Assembly: GCA_043827405.1 (NCBI GenBank)
Contig: JBDRPD010000007.1
Location: 1-27,038 of the forward strand
Reading direction: 5' to 3'
Length of the DNA: 27,038 bases
DNA from: Elusimicrobiota bacterium
GTDB lineage: Bacteria > Elusimicrobiota > Elusimicrobia > UBA1565
The notes below the pieces were generated by a model, which made no database searches, was not told the origin of the DNA, and saw only the letters and a program-made list of their open reading frames with translations. The position numbers and the translations under genes are program-made. The stretch's first letter is position 1, and the number at the start of each line of letters is the position of its first letter. This document shows, piece after piece, positions 1 to 9,742 of this stretch.

Positions 1-219
1 GGCGGGCTGCGCCGGCTGCGGCGCCGGGCGCTGCGGCTGCGCCGGCTGCTGCCCGGGAGGCTTCGCCGCCGGCGGCGCGCCGCCCATGACCTGCGCGATG
101 GCCTGCTCCAGCATAGCCGGCGGCACCTGCTGCTTAAGCAACTGCGCCTTAAGCGTCGGCAGCGGGTACTTGGCCTTATACTGTGTTAAATAAGCAATAA
201 CTTGCTGCAGTGTTGCCAT
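1..219 (-). CDS. Hypothetical protein, N-terminal part (runs off window), Pro/Gln/Ala-rich linker
   Basis: Not in the ORF track. ATG at 219 opens an uninterrupted frame MATLQQVIAYLTQYKAKYPLPTLKAQLLKQQVPPAMLEQAIAQVMGGAPPAAKPPGQQPAQPQRPAPQPAQPA to the window edge. A TTGCTT-17-TAAACT promoter-like sequence lies upstream. Confidence 0.7.
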   Translation of the reverse strand, partial: MATLQQVIAYLTQYKAKYPLPTLKAQLLKQQVPPAMLEQAIAQVMGGAPPAAKPPGQQPAQPQRPAPQPAQPA

Positions 220-298
220 TGGGACAAACCAAAAAAGACGCGTCTCGGCGGGCACCCCAGTTTAGACGGTACCCCGTAAAAAAGCAATATATAGATTG

Positions 299-1501
299 TT
301 ACGGAGCCTCAATAACCGCCGCCAGCCCTTGCCCGACACCGATGCATAGCGCGGCCAAACCGCGTCCCGCGCCCCGGCGCTTCATCTCATGCGCGAGCGT
401 CGTCACGAGGCGCGCGCCGCTGCATCCCAAAGGATGTCCCAAAGCGATCGCTCCGCCGCAGACATTCAGACGCGCGCGATCAATACCGAGCTCCCGCATG
501 CAGGCGAGCGTCTGCACCGCGAAAGCCTCGTTGATTTCAACCAAATCCATATCTCCGACCGTCAGACCGAGGCGGCGCATAAGCTTCTGTGCGGCATAAA
601 CCGGACCCAGCCCCATGATCCGCGGATCGACCCCCTCCGCCGCCGCGCCGGCCCAGATAGCGAGCGGCTCAAGCCCCAGGGCTTTCGCGCGCCCGGCCTC
701 CATCATGAGCAGGGCCGACGCCCCGTCATTGAGCGTTGAGCTGTTTCCGGCGGTCACGGTGCCGCTCGGGCGGAAAGCCGGTCGAAGTTTCGCCAGCGCT
801 TCCAGGCTGGTATCGGCGCGCGGCGTCTCATCCGCGTCGATGATTATGGGCGGACCCTTCCGCCGCGGGACCGCGATCGGGACAATCTCGCCGCGGAAAA
901 CCTCGCGCGCGGACACGGCGTTTTGATGGCTTTCCAGAGCGAAGGCATCCTGCTCCTCGCGCGATATCGGGAAGCGCTCGGCGATATTCTCCGCCGTCGC
1001 GCCCATGCTCTCGAGCGGGAAAAGCTTTTCCATTTCCGGGTTGGGGAACCGCCAGCCCAACGCGGTATCGTAGGCGGTGACATTGCCGAAGGGAAAAGCC
1101 TTGGGAGCTTTGGGCAGCGCCCACGGAGCGCGGCTCATGCTCTCGACCCCGCCCGCGATGTACGCCTCGCCCTCACCGGCCAGGATGCAGCGCGCGGCGG
1201 CGTTAACGGCTTCCAAGCCCGAGGCGCACAGCCGGTTAACCGTACAGCCCGGCACCCGCTGCGGGAGCCCGGCCAGCAGTGCGGCCATGCGCGCGACATT
1301 ACGGTTGTCTTCGCCCGCCTGATTCGCGCAGCCGAGGTAGACATCCGCGATCTCCTCATGGTCGAACTTCGGCACGCGCCGCAGCAGTCCCTCGATCGTC
1401 CGTGCCGCCAGATCGTCGGGACGGATGGGAGCCAAGGCGCCGCCGTGCCGTCCCATGGGCGTGCGAACGGCGGCGATGATCGCGGCCCGGCGCGCGGTCA
1501 T
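299..1501 (-). CDS. Acetyl-CoA C-acyltransferase (thiolase, PcaF/PaaJ-like)
   Basis: Motifs NRLCASG (catalytic Cys), [32 protein letters not shown] is typical of PcaF/PaaJ-type thiolases. Confidence 0.95.
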   Translation of the reverse strand: MTARRAAIIAAVRTPMGRHGGALAPIRPDDLAARTIEGLLRRVPKFDHEEIADVYLGCANQAGEDNRNVARMAALLAGLPQRVPGCTVNRLCASGLEAVNAAARCILAGEGEAYIAGGVESMSRAPWALPKAPKAFPFGNVTAYDTALGWRFPNPEMEKLFPLESMGATAENIAERFPISREEQDAFALESHQNAVSAREVFRGEIVPIAVPRRKGPPIIIDADETPRADTSLEALAKLRPAFRPSGTVTAGNSSTLNDGASALLMMEAGRAKALGLEPLAIWAGAAAEGVDPRIMGLGPVYAAQKLMRRLGLTVGDMDLVEINEAFAVQTLACMRELGIDRARLNVCGGAIALGHPLGCSGARLVTTLAHEMKRRGAGRGLAALCIGVGQGLAAVIEAP

Positions 1502-1884
1502 GCGCTCCCCCCGCCGGCTGTGGTATCGAGTTCTTCCGCGACCGCGACCGCCAGCGCCTTCAGCTCCAGGGGCTTGTAAAAAATCTGCGTGTCGGGGCGG
1601 AATTCCACCAGCCGCGCCTGCCGGTCCTTCCCTTGTCCGGTAATGAATATGATGGGGATGTTTTTGGTCTTCTCCGACGTGCGCAGCAGCGCCTGCGCCG
1701 TTCCGCCGCTCAGGCCCGGCATATCCAAGTCCGAAATGATAAGGTCCGGCATGACCCGGGGAGCCATCCGGTAGAGCTCCGCGCCATCGCGCGCGATATG
1801 GACCTCATAGCCCAAGTCCGTCAGCAGGTCCTGCAGCAGGCAGCAGCACTCCTTGTCGTCATCGGCCACGAGGATTTTTTTCAT
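1498..1884 (-). CDS. Single-domain response regulator (receiver)
   Basis: [20 protein letters not shown] (phospho-Asp), FITG, YKP. Start moved to ATG 1884, which overlaps the GNAT stop (ATGA). Confidence 0.9.
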   Translation of the reverse strand: MKKILVADDDKECCCLLQDLLTDLGYEVHIARDGAELYRMAPRVMPDLIISDLDMPGLSGGTAQALLRTSEKTKNIPIIFITGQGKDRQARLVEFRPDTQIFYKPLELKALAVAVAEELDTTAGGGSA

Positions 1885-2426
1885 TTTTTCCATTCCGTTC
1901 GCAGTAGGCCCCAGCATTCCTGATCGACCCAGCGCCCATTAAGCCGCTTATCGTCGCGCAGGCATCCTTCGTAACAAAAGCCTAGCTTTTTCAGCACCCG
2001 GCGAAACGCCCGATTGGCCGGCGCCAGCCGCACAAAAACCCGGTGGCAGCCAAGCCGCCGAAACGCGTATCCCAGCATCGCGCGACCCGCCTCGGTTGAA
2101 TAGCCCCGATCCTGCCGGTCGGCCCGAATCCATATTGCGAACCGCGCCTGTGCCCGGCTGTCCGCCGCCCCCCGGTCAAGGCTTGCGACCCCCGCCAAGC
2201 GTTCCGATTCCGCTTCAAAAATACCCCAGGTCACACGTCCGCCTTGGCGGCTCGCGGCGGCGATAAAGCGCCGCTCATCCTCAACCGAACCGGCCCCGCC
2301 GACCCAGCGCAGCCGCCGCCGCAGCACCGCGCGGGACTCGTCGACGGCCCGCCACAAAGCATCGGCGTCTTTCTCTCCCAAGGGGCGCAGCCTCAGCCGT
2401 CGGCATTTAAGTTCAACCATGGCCAT
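1881..2426 (-). CDS. GNAT N-acetyltransferase, RimJ/RimL family
   Basis: RLRLRPL N-terminus, QDRGYSTEA acetyl-CoA loop, N-x-A..RVLKKLGF..EG.LR. Confidence 0.9.
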   Translation of the reverse strand: MAMVELKCRRLRLRPLGEKDADALWRAVDESRAVLRRRLRWVGGAGSVEDERRFIAAASRQGGRVTWGIFEAESERLAGVASLDRGAADSRAQARFAIWIRADRQDRGYSTEAGRAMLGYAFRRLGCHRVFVRLAPANRAFRRVLKKLGFCYEGCLRDDKRLNGRWVDQECWGLLRTEWKK

Positions 2427-2829
2427 ACGTCCGGCGCCGACGCGTTTCCCGCAGCAGGCGGGCGAAGCGGCCGCGCGACATCACAACCTGCAGCGTGGAG
2501 CCTTCTCCGATTTTACGATTTTTATGATATACGGCCAATCGCGTGTAGACGCGCGGTCCGCTCACCTTCACGACTGTTCCGATGACGCGAATATGGGCGT
2601 TAATCCCTACCGGCTGCAGGTGCTTGACCAGAACGCTGGCGCCCATCGCCGCCTCGTTTTTCTCGAGGTGGGGCGCCAGGAGCAGCCGTGAAACCGTCTC
2701 CATGTGGTAGACCATCGCCCACGTAGCGTAAAGGCGCAGGCGCACGAGCCCTTCCAGCCGAGGCTTCATCCACGGCTCCACCCTGACGGGAAGCTCTATC
2801 TTCAGTCCGCGCTTGAGCTGGGGCTTCAT
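2413..2829 (-). CDS. Hotdog-fold thioesterase, FlK (fluoroacetyl-CoA thioesterase)-like
   Basis: YATWAMVYHME (Thr/Glu) and VKHLQPVGI (His) match the FlK triad; KIGEG near the C-terminus. Confidence 0.8.
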   Translation of the reverse strand: MKPQLKRGLKIELPVRVEPWMKPRLEGLVRLRLYATWAMVYHMETVSRLLLAPHLEKNEAAMGASVLVKHLQPVGINAHIRVIGTVVKVSGPRVYTRLAVYHKNRKIGEGSTLQVVMSRGRFARLLRETRRRRTYGHG

Positions 2830-4151
2830 GTCCGCACGCTCTCGGCCTCGTCGAGAAGACGCCGTGCCGAATCAGAAAACAACATCTTTGCCGACGCGGT
2901 CCGGGCGAGCTCGCCCATTCGCCGCAGCGCCGCCCCGTCGCTGAGCAGCTCCCGCAGCGCCGACGCCAGGTTGGCCGTCCGTCGACCGGCGCGGCGGTAT
3001 GATACCGTGCGGCTGTAAGCCGGGTCGAGGATCTCTTCGACGCCGTAATGGTCGCTCGCCAGCACCGGCAGCCCCGCCTGCATCGCCTCGACCAAAGTCA
3101 GGCCGTAGCTCTCATGGACCGAGGGCGAGATAAACAGATCCGCCAATTTCAAATAGGCCTGCTTGTGGAGCCCGGACAGGTAGCCGGGAAAGAAAATACG
3201 AAAGCGCTTGAACTTTTCCGCCGCCCGGCGAACGCGCCGTCCATACGCCTCGCCGCGCATAAAGGCCGTCTCGCCGCCGATAAACAGGCAAATCTCCCGC
3301 CCCGCGAAGGCCCCATCGTCCTCCAGGCGCAGCAGCGCCTCAAGCAGGTAATGAATGCCCTTCTCCGGCGAGATGCGGCTGAGCGTCATGCAGACCAGCG
3401 TATCCGGACGCAGCTGATAATGCTCCCGCAGCCGGCGCGCCTCGGCCTCGATCTCCGCGCCGGGATAGTCCTTGCGCCAGCCGCCCCAGGGGAGAATCAG
3501 CATGCGCGCACCCGCGCCGGGATAGCAGCGCCGTATCGTATCGGACATCTGCCGCGACGGCAGAACCAACAGCCGCGAACGGTGCACCGCTTGACGCTGC
3601 TTCTGAAAGACCAAGCGCAGAATATCCGGAAACAGCCGCGCGCCGAAATGATCCGCCGCCCAGGCATAGGCGGCCGTCAGCCGCTCCGGCGCCAGCAGTT
3701 CGCCCAAATAGATACGGTTAAAGAATTCGACCACATCGACATGCCATATTGAGATGATCGGATAACCCATGGCGGCTACCGCGTCCAGGTCAGGGCTTTC
3801 CGAAATATCATTAACGATGACCGTGGTGTGGCGGGGATCATGCTTCTCCCGTTCGCGCTTGAGGAACCGCGTCGTCTCCTCCTCGAACTCCCGGCAGAAG
3901 CGGGCATAGCCCAACTCGGATTTACGCACCAGGTCCGGTGACGCGCCCTTGGGCAGTTGCAGATAGCGGACTCCCGGGGCAGGAGGATGCGCGCCGGCGC
4001 CGACGACCGTAAGCCGCGGCGCGGCATCATTGCCGCTCCCCATGCGCGCCCAGTGGAGGACCAACTGCAGCCCGACCATGGCGCCTCCGCCTAGAGGCGT
4101 CCGGTCCATGGGATAGCCCAAATGGCTGCCGATAAACACAATCCGGCCCAT
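2826..4151 (-). CDS. Glycosyltransferase family 4
   Basis: GGGA glycine loop, SRISPEKG, ESYGLTLVEAMQAGLPVLASD. Start corrected to ATG 4151 (MGRIVFIG) because the track extension overlaps the divergent gene. Confidence 0.9.
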   Translation of the reverse strand: MGRIVFIGSHLGYPMDRTPLGGGAMVGLQLVLHWARMGSGNDAAPRLTVVGAGAHPPAPGVRYLQLPKGASPDLVRKSELGYARFCREFEEETTRFLKREREKHDPRHTTVIVNDISESPDLDAVAAMGYPIISIWHVDVVEFFNRIYLGELLAPERLTAAYAWAADHFGARLFPDILRLVFQKQRQAVHRSRLLVLPSRQMSDTIRRCYPGAGARMLILPWGGWRKDYPGAEIEAEARRLREHYQLRPDTLVCMTLSRISPEKGIHYLLEALLRLEDDGAFAGREICLFIGGETAFMRGEAYGRRVRRAAEKFKRFRIFFPGYLSGLHKQAYLKLADLFISPSVHESYGLTLVEAMQAGLPVLASDHYGVEEILDPAYSRTVSYRRAGRRTANLASALRELLSDGAALRRMGELARTASAKMLFSDSARRLLDEAESVRT

Positions 4152-4197
4152 AGGCGCATGATACAAATTCCCACCCCAACAGCACCGGGTACTTAAG

Positions 4198-4278
4198 GTC
4201 CCAATATCGCGGGGCCCAAAAAATGCCTTTATTTCACCCTTTTGACCCAAGTAAGCGGCCTTCGCCCATTGATACTCT
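4198..4278 (+). promoter_or_regulatory. Putative regulated promoter: GTCCCAA/GGCCCAA/GACCCA/GCCCATT array plus -10 (TACTCT)
   Basis: The motif array recurs with nearly identical spacing at 16114-16193. The -10-like hexamer 4273-4278 lies 7 nt before ATG 4286. Confidence 0.5.
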
Positions 4279-4285
4279 CTCAGTG

Positions 4286-6970
4286 ATGAAGCGAATCCTG
4301 GCTGCGAGTACGGCGCTGGCGGTAATGTTCGGCCCGGTGGCCGATCAAGCGCCCGCATACGCCGCTCGTTTTGTCGCGCCGGTCGGGCAGACGGGAAAGG
4401 CGCCGCGTATGCCCGTACCGCCCGCCGCTCTCACCGGGCGAACGGCGGCCGTCGAAAGCTTGCAGAATTTTAACGCCTTTACCCTGCAGTCGGCCCTCCC
4501 CGGCATAGATCCCGCCGGGACCAACGCGCCGGTCAAGCGGAGCATTAAGCCGCTCGCCATTTTGCCCCGAATACAAGTCATGTCCGCAAGCGGACAGCGA
4601 ATCGTCATACCCGCCCGGCAGCGGCAGGCGATGCAAAAGACGCTAAATAAAGTAAAGCAGGCCGCCGGCCGGCTGCCCGCCAAGGGAAAAGCCGCGAATA
4701 TGAGCGCCGCGGACGCCAAACTGCACGGCTCCAGACTTTTCGACGCCTTCCGCGGCGCGGCGGATGAGGCGGATATGCGCGGAGTCGACACCGCCGGCGG
4801 CACGGAGCGAACCGCTGCGCGCCGTTCCCGAATCGTCCGCCTGCTGACGGCGCCGCTGGGCCGCTTGTTTTCAACCGAGCGCCGTACCGGCGAAACCCGA
4901 GCCCCCCCGGTTCCCAGAGCCCGCACCCGTTTCGACCGCGATGCCTATGGTGGCCCGCGGCCGCTGAATCTGCGGGCCGCTAAAAAGTCCGGACGCTTCG
5001 CCGGGCTCCGCGGGTTGTTCGGCACAATGAGGAACTACGTTCTTTTCAGCGCCAAGTGGGCGCTGAACATGACCGGCATCGCGACCGTAATCGGCCTTAC
5101 GGTCAAACCCATCGCCGCGCTGCTTCCCTGGCAACTCCATGTATCCGACACGTTTTTAAACCTTACCGGGCGCATCGAACTGCTGACCGGCCTCGGCCAT
5201 CAAGGCGTCGTCGATGCGGTCTCGTCCGCGCCTGGAGCGTTTCTCTTCCGAGATATGCCGTATATGGTCGGCATGGAGGAGATCACCTACCGCCTCCTCG
5301 GCTTCGGCCTGACATTCCTGGCCCTCGCGGCGCTCAAACCCCTAATGACGCGCCTGCAGAGCTTCCTTAAGGACCTGCCGGACCTGTTCGGTCTCCCCAG
5401 CACGGGGATCCGGCTGGCGCGCCTGCTCGGCGCGCTGTCCGGCCTCGCCTTCCCGGCGGCGCTGCTGCTCTCTTCCTTCTCATTTGCCGCCGCGCATATC
5501 GCGGCTTGGGGCTTTGGCCCCGCAGTCTACGCCGTCCACTTGGTGCTCGGCATGGCCCTCGCCTATCTCGCCTACCGGACGCGCGGAATACTCGTACCGC
5601 TCCTGACCCACTTCCTATTCAACCTCGGCACGATCACGGTCGGGGTCCTCCTGCCCCTGGCGCTGCTGCCGGCAGCCTCATCGGTCTTGATGACGCTGAC
5701 CGGCGTCTTCAGCATAGCCTTCCTGTGGTACAACTACCGGCTGCACCGCAAAGCCAAGGCGGCGGCTCTCGCCGAGGCGCGCGGCCTCGCGCCCCCGGCC
5801 CGCGGGGCCCGGTGGCGCCGCGCCCTGACAGGACTTCTAATCATCCCCCTTATGCTCGGCGCTTTTTACGTATTTTCTCCGGGCAACGCCTCCCGCGCAA
5901 ATGCGATACGTCAGAGAAGCGCCTATATGGCCTCCGTTCAGCACCGAAATGGAATCAAGGACCTCCGCCAAGTCGGCCCGTTCATGCTTGAGGAGCTGCC
6001 GGAGCTGCTCAACGTCCACACCCCGAAAGCCGCCGGCGCCGCGGAGAGAAAGGACCTCAGCACCGTCGAGATCACCCAGCGCGCCAAACCCGCGATCGTC
6101 ATGGTGCGCACCGACAAGGGCATGGGGACCGGCTTCATCATCGACGCCGGCGGGCTGCTTGTCACCAACGCGCATGTGGTCTCGCTCGGCGTCGAGGCAG
6201 CGCAAAGCGGACCCAAAATCTCCCGCCGGCACGTCGACCGAGTCATGATCCTCTTCTCCAATGGACGCGAAATCCCGGGCCTCGTCGTCGGCTACAATGC
6301 GGATAAGGACATCGCGCTGGTCGCGCTGCCGCCGAATCCGCTCGGCTGGCCGACTGTTGAAATCGGCGACAGCTCCCTGCTGCAGGAAGGGGAGCGGATC
6401 GTCGCCATGGGACATCCGCGGGGCCTGCCGTTCTCCGTCTCGGAAGGCATCGTCAGCGGTCTCGATTTCCGCCACAACGGCTTCGTCGGCTTCATCCAGC
6501 ACGACGCGTCCGTCAACCCGGGCAACTCCGGCGGCCCGCTGTTCAACGCCCAAGGGGAGGTCGTCGGCATCAACTCGCTGATTATGTCTTCCGGCGGCGG
6601 CTTTGACGGCATCTCCTACGCGATTTCCGCGGCTGATCTGCAACAAGCCCTCGCGCAGTTCAAGAAAGTCCGCAATATCGATACCGGCTGGATGGGCGCG
6701 ATCTTCTATCCGGCCAGCCCGGACGCCCCCGGCTACGGCCTCTATGTGGACGCGGTCCGGCCGGGCTCCCCGGCGGCGCAGGCCGGCCTGCAAGCCGGCG
6801 ACATCGTCCTGGAGATCGACGGCCAGAAGCTGGCCAACAGCCCCCAGCACGCCGCCGCCCAGGTCGCCAAAACACTGCGCGAAAAAATACCGTCAGATGA
6901 GGCGGTGCTCGCGATCTCGCGCGGCGGCGATATCCAGACGCTGCGCATCAGCTTGGGCGCCCGCGACTAG
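4286..6970 (+). CDS. Fusion: signal peptide/leader + CPBP (Abi/CAAX-type II) intramembrane glutamic protease + HtrA/DegP-type trypsin-like serine protease + PDZ
   Basis: CPBP motifs MEEITYR, FAAAH, THFLFN among several TM helices; trypsin triad TNAHVV, DIALV, GNSGGP; PDZ GSPAAQAGLQAGDIVLEIDG. Start at ATG 4286 gives signal-like MKRILAASTALAVMFG..AYA. Confidence 0.85.
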   Translation: MKRILAASTALAVMFGPVADQAPAYAARFVAPVGQTGKAPRMPVPPAALTGRTAAVESLQNFNAFTLQSALPGIDPAGTNAPVKRSIKPLAILPRIQVMSASGQRIVIPARQRQAMQKTLNKVKQAAGRLPAKGKAANMSAADAKLHGSRLFDAFRGAADEADMRGVDTAGGTERTAARRSRIVRLLTAPLGRLFSTERRTGETRAPPVPRARTRFDRDAYGGPRPLNLRAAKKSGRFAGLRGLFGTMRNYVLFSAKWALNMTGIATVIGLTVKPIAALLPWQLHVSDTFLNLTGRIELLTGLGHQGVVDAVSSAPGAFLFRDMPYMVGMEEITYRLLGFGLTFLALAALKPLMTRLQSFLKDLPDLFGLPSTGIRLARLLGALSGLAFPAALLLSSFSFAAAHIAAWGFGPAVYAVHLVLGMALAYLAYRTRGILVPLLTHFLFNLGTITVGVLLPLALLPAASSVLMTLTGVFSIAFLWYNYRLHRKAKAAALAEARGLAPPARGARWRRALTGLLIIPLMLGAFYVFSPGNASRANAIRQRSAYMASVQHRNGIKDLRQVGPFMLEELPELLNVHTPKAAGAAERKDLSTVEITQRAKPAIVMVRTDKGMGTGFIIDAGGLLVTNAHVVSLGVEAAQSGPKISRRHVDRVMILFSNGREIPGLVVGYNADKDIALVALPPNPLGWPTVEIGDSSLLQEGERIVAMGHPRGLPFSVSEGIVSGLDFRHNGFVGFIQHDASVNPGNSGGPLFNAQGEVVGINSLIMSSGGGFDGISYAISAADLQQALAQFKKVRNIDTGWMGAIFYPASPDAPGYGLYVDAVRPGSPAAQAGLQAGDIVLEIDGQKLANSPQHAAAQVAKTLREKIPSDEAVLAISRGGDIQTLRISLGARD

Positions 6971-7042
6971 CCGCTATTCCTCGCCTTAACGCCGCGCAAA
7001 ATTCTATGATCTGGAAACCACCCTTTTCCCAGGAGAGACTCC

Positions 7043-8392
7043 ATGAAAGCACAGGATCAAAAGATTGTCATCTGCGGCGGCATGCGCACACCTATCGGCC
7101 ATTTCGCCCGCTCGCTCGCCAACTACTCGGCATCCGAACTGATGCGGCTGGCCGTCGAGTCCACCATTAAGAAGGTCGGCGTTAAGAAGGAGGATGTCGA
7201 CGGCCTGTTTGTCGGCTGGGTCGGGCAGGACTTCAACGCTCCGAACCTCGCGCGCGTCACGCTCCTCAACTCCGGACTGCCGGAAAAGGCGCAGGCCGCG
7301 ACGCTGCAGAACAACTGCATCTCCTCGATCGAGGCGGTCTCCATGGCGGCCCGCTGCATCCTCGCGGGCGAGGGCTCGCTATATATCGCGGGCGGCACCG
7401 AAGCGATGTCCCGGCTCCCATATTCCATCTCCGGCTCGCGCGCGGCCGACGAGCTGCGCTCCTTCGACGTAGTTAAGGAAAAATGGGGAGAACTCATCGG
7501 CAACGACAACGTCACCGTAGTCGACGCCATGGAGCAGGGGCTTACCGACCCGGTCAAGGGCATTAACATGGCGGCGACGGCCGAGGTCTGCGCCCAGCTG
7601 CGCGGCATCAGCCGCGAGGACCAGGACAACTTCGCCTACCAGAGCTTCAAGCGCTCGGTCGAAGGCTGGGAGGCCGGTTTCTATAACGACCACGTGGAAC
7701 CGATCAAAGACGGCGACACCGTCATTCTCGACAAAGACGAGTATCCGCACCTCCGCATCAACCTCGTCAAGAAACCTAAAATGTTCAGCAAGTCTCCTGC
7801 CCTCTTCGACAATTCGAAGTACCCGATCGCCGATTTCTTCCGCGACTTCGGCAAGTTCATGGACGGCAAGTCCAGCCCGAACGGGAACTGCGGGACGGTG
7901 ACCCTGTTCAACGCCTGCGGACGCTCCGACGGCGCCGCCGCTATCGTGGTAACGACCGAGGCGCGCGCCAAAGAGCTCGGCCTGCCGATCGCCGCCGAGC
8001 TCAAAAGCTGGGGCTACTACGGCAACGACCCGGCGCATATGGGCGTCTCGCCGGCCCTGGCGACCCCGGTGGCGCTCGAGCGGGCGGGAATCCAGTTCGC
8101 GGATCTCGACCAGATCGAGCTCCACGAGCCTTTCGCCGCGACCGTCCTCGGCATCTTCAAGGACGGCAAGGAGAAGTTCGGCCACGACTGGCAGGCGAAG
8201 TACGACAGCGGCGCCCTCAACCCGAACGGCGGCTCGATCTCGATCGGCCATCCGCTCGGCGCGACCGGCATCCGCCTCGTCCTCAACCTGCTGGAGTCGC
8301 TCAAGCGCAACGACAAAAGCCGGCTCGGACTGGCGGCGGCCTGCGCCGGCGGCGGCATGGGCGGCGCGCTCGTCGTTGAAAAGCTCGCGTAA
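7043..8392 (+). CDS. Thiolase family protein (HEPF variant)
   Basis: QNNCISS (catalytic Cys), HEPFA, GHPLGATG, CAGGGMG; AGGAG Shine-Dalgarno upstream. Confidence 0.92.
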   Translation: MKAQDQKIVICGGMRTPIGHFARSLANYSASELMRLAVESTIKKVGVKKEDVDGLFVGWVGQDFNAPNLARVTLLNSGLPEKAQAATLQNNCISSIEAVSMAARCILAGEGSLYIAGGTEAMSRLPYSISGSRAADELRSFDVVKEKWGELIGNDNVTVVDAMEQGLTDPVKGINMAATAEVCAQLRGISREDQDNFAYQSFKRSVEGWEAGFYNDHVEPIKDGDTVILDKDEYPHLRINLVKKPKMFSKSPALFDNSKYPIADFFRDFGKFMDGKSSPNGNCGTVTLFNACGRSDGAAAIVVTTEARAKELGLPIAAELKSWGYYGNDPAHMGVSPALATPVALERAGIQFADLDQIELHEPFAATVLGIFKDGKEKFGHDWQAKYDSGALNPNGGSISIGHPLGATGIRLVLNLLESLKRNDKSRLGLAAACAGGGMGGALVVEKLA

Positions 8393-8404
8393 TAGAACCT
8401 AAGT

Positions 8405-8444
8405 AAAACGCCGGCACCTATTTGCGGTGCCGGCGTTTTCTTTT
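8405..8444. terminator. Bidirectional rho-independent terminator
   Basis: AAAACGCCGGCACC-tatttgc-GGTGCCGGCGTTTT perfect hairpin followed by a T-run, between convergent genes. Confidence 0.9.
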
Positions 8445-8447
8445 GCG

Positions 8448-9041
8448 CTAGTGGCAGGCACCGAAAAAACCGGTGCCGAAGAAGCTCGTCCCCTCTTTAG
8501 TCTTCCCCATCTTGCGGTATTGGCCGATCAGGGCCTCGAAGGGATCCTTCGGCATCATGAAGTAGCGTTTGCGCTCCCGGTCCTTCTTTTTCTTCGGCTG
8601 CTGGTAGATCACGGTAAACGAGGTCTGCTCGATCAGTTCGCACTCGGTGCACTTGGTCTTCTTCATCAGCCACTGCGCCTCATCCTCGAACACCTCAAAG
8701 AATCCAATGCCCATCAGCAATCCGACATAGTCCTCCGTCTCCCGCTTTTGCTCGCACTCCAGGATGGGCTCAAGGCCGGCGCGCCGGATCGGCGGCCGCC
8801 TTTTCCCGTCCGCGGCCCGCCGCAGCGCGTCGAGCTCGTCCTGCCGGGCACGGCAGCGCGCGCGCAAGTGCCGCGGCAGCCTGCTCGCGTCGACCGCCAT
8901 GAACTTCGGGATCAGCTCGGCCGGCAGGGCCGGGGTCTCGACTTCAAGGAAGCGCTCGACGAAGGCGGCGAGGTCGGGCACGGCCTTCTCGGCGCGAAGC
9001 GGCGGCGCGAACAGCAGCAGGGCGATGAGCGCTAATGGCAT
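8448..9041 (-). CDS. Exported hypothetical protein, GACH-terminal paralog 2
   Basis: Start at ATG 9041 gives signal peptide MPLALIALLLFAPPLRA; aligns along its length with 9032-9691. Confidence 0.8.
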   Translation of the reverse strand: MPLALIALLLFAPPLRAEKAVPDLAAFVERFLEVETPALPAELIPKFMAVDASRLPRHLRARCRARQDELDALRRAADGKRRPPIRRAGLEPILECEQKRETEDYVGLLMGIGFFEVFEDEAQWLMKKTKCTECELIEQTSFTVIYQQPKKKKDRERKRYFMMPKDPFEALIGQYRKMGKTKEGTSFFGTGFFGACH

Positions 9042-9691
9042 GCCCCGTTGAACGAGCCGAAGAAGTTCGTGCCGCCCCCGCTGCCCGTATTCCGATATGC
9101 CGCGATGATCGCCATCCAGGGGTCGTTGGCGCTGAGAAAATTGTAGCGCACCAGCCCGTTCTTCTTGCCCGTCGGGACAAGCGTCACCTTCAGGGAAGAC
9201 TCGACCATCAGCTCGCATTCAGAACACCGCGTCCGCTGCATCAGATGGTTGAGCTCGTCGTCGCTAATCTCCTCAAAACCCATCTGCGTCATCATTTTCA
9301 CATACTGCAGCGTACCCTTCTCCGGCTCGCATTCGGCAGGGGACGGCGCCTCCTGGCCGGCGCGGCGGATAGGCGCCTTCCTCCTGTTGGCCGAAATCTT
9401 TCTCAGCGCCTCCAGCTCCGCCTTCTTCGCCCGGTGCTGAACCCGCAGCTTCAACGGCAAAGAGCCCGGATCGATCGCCATAAAGCGCGGGATCAGCGTC
9501 GGGTCAAGTTCGGAAGTGTCGGCTTTGATGAAGTACTCAACAAGCTTCACCGTGTCCTTGTCCGCGGCGGCTTTCGGGCTTGGGGCGGCGGGGCTCCCGC
9601 TTTTCTTCGCGCGCTTATTTCCGCCCTGCGCCGGCGCCGCGGACACGGCGACGACCAGGAGCAGCGCCGATATGCATGCCGGCCATCGCAT
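9032..9691 (-). CDS. Exported hypothetical protein, GACH-terminal paralog 1
   Basis: Signal peptide MRWPACISALLLVVAVSAAPA; shares LIPxFMAxD, PIRRAG, CxECEL and FFG..GACH with its neighbour. Confidence 0.8.
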   Translation of the reverse strand: MRWPACISALLLVVAVSAAPAQGGNKRAKKSGSPAAPSPKAAADKDTVKLVEYFIKADTSELDPTLIPRFMAIDPGSLPLKLRVQHRAKKAELEALRKISANRRKAPIRRAGQEAPSPAECEPEKGTLQYVKMMTQMGFEEISDDELNHLMQRTRCSECELMVESSLKVTLVPTGKKNGLVRYNFLSANDPWMAIIAAYRNTGSGGGTNFFGSFNGACH

Positions 9692-9742
9692 ACTTAGACT
9701 ATAACAGCCCGGGACGCCAAAAGCCATGGGAGCGGGCGGGGG

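Noticed and set aside
8448..9691. c-type cytochromes
   Set aside because: CxxC is followed by Glu rather than His, and the terminal CH lacks the preceding Cys, so there is no CxxCH.
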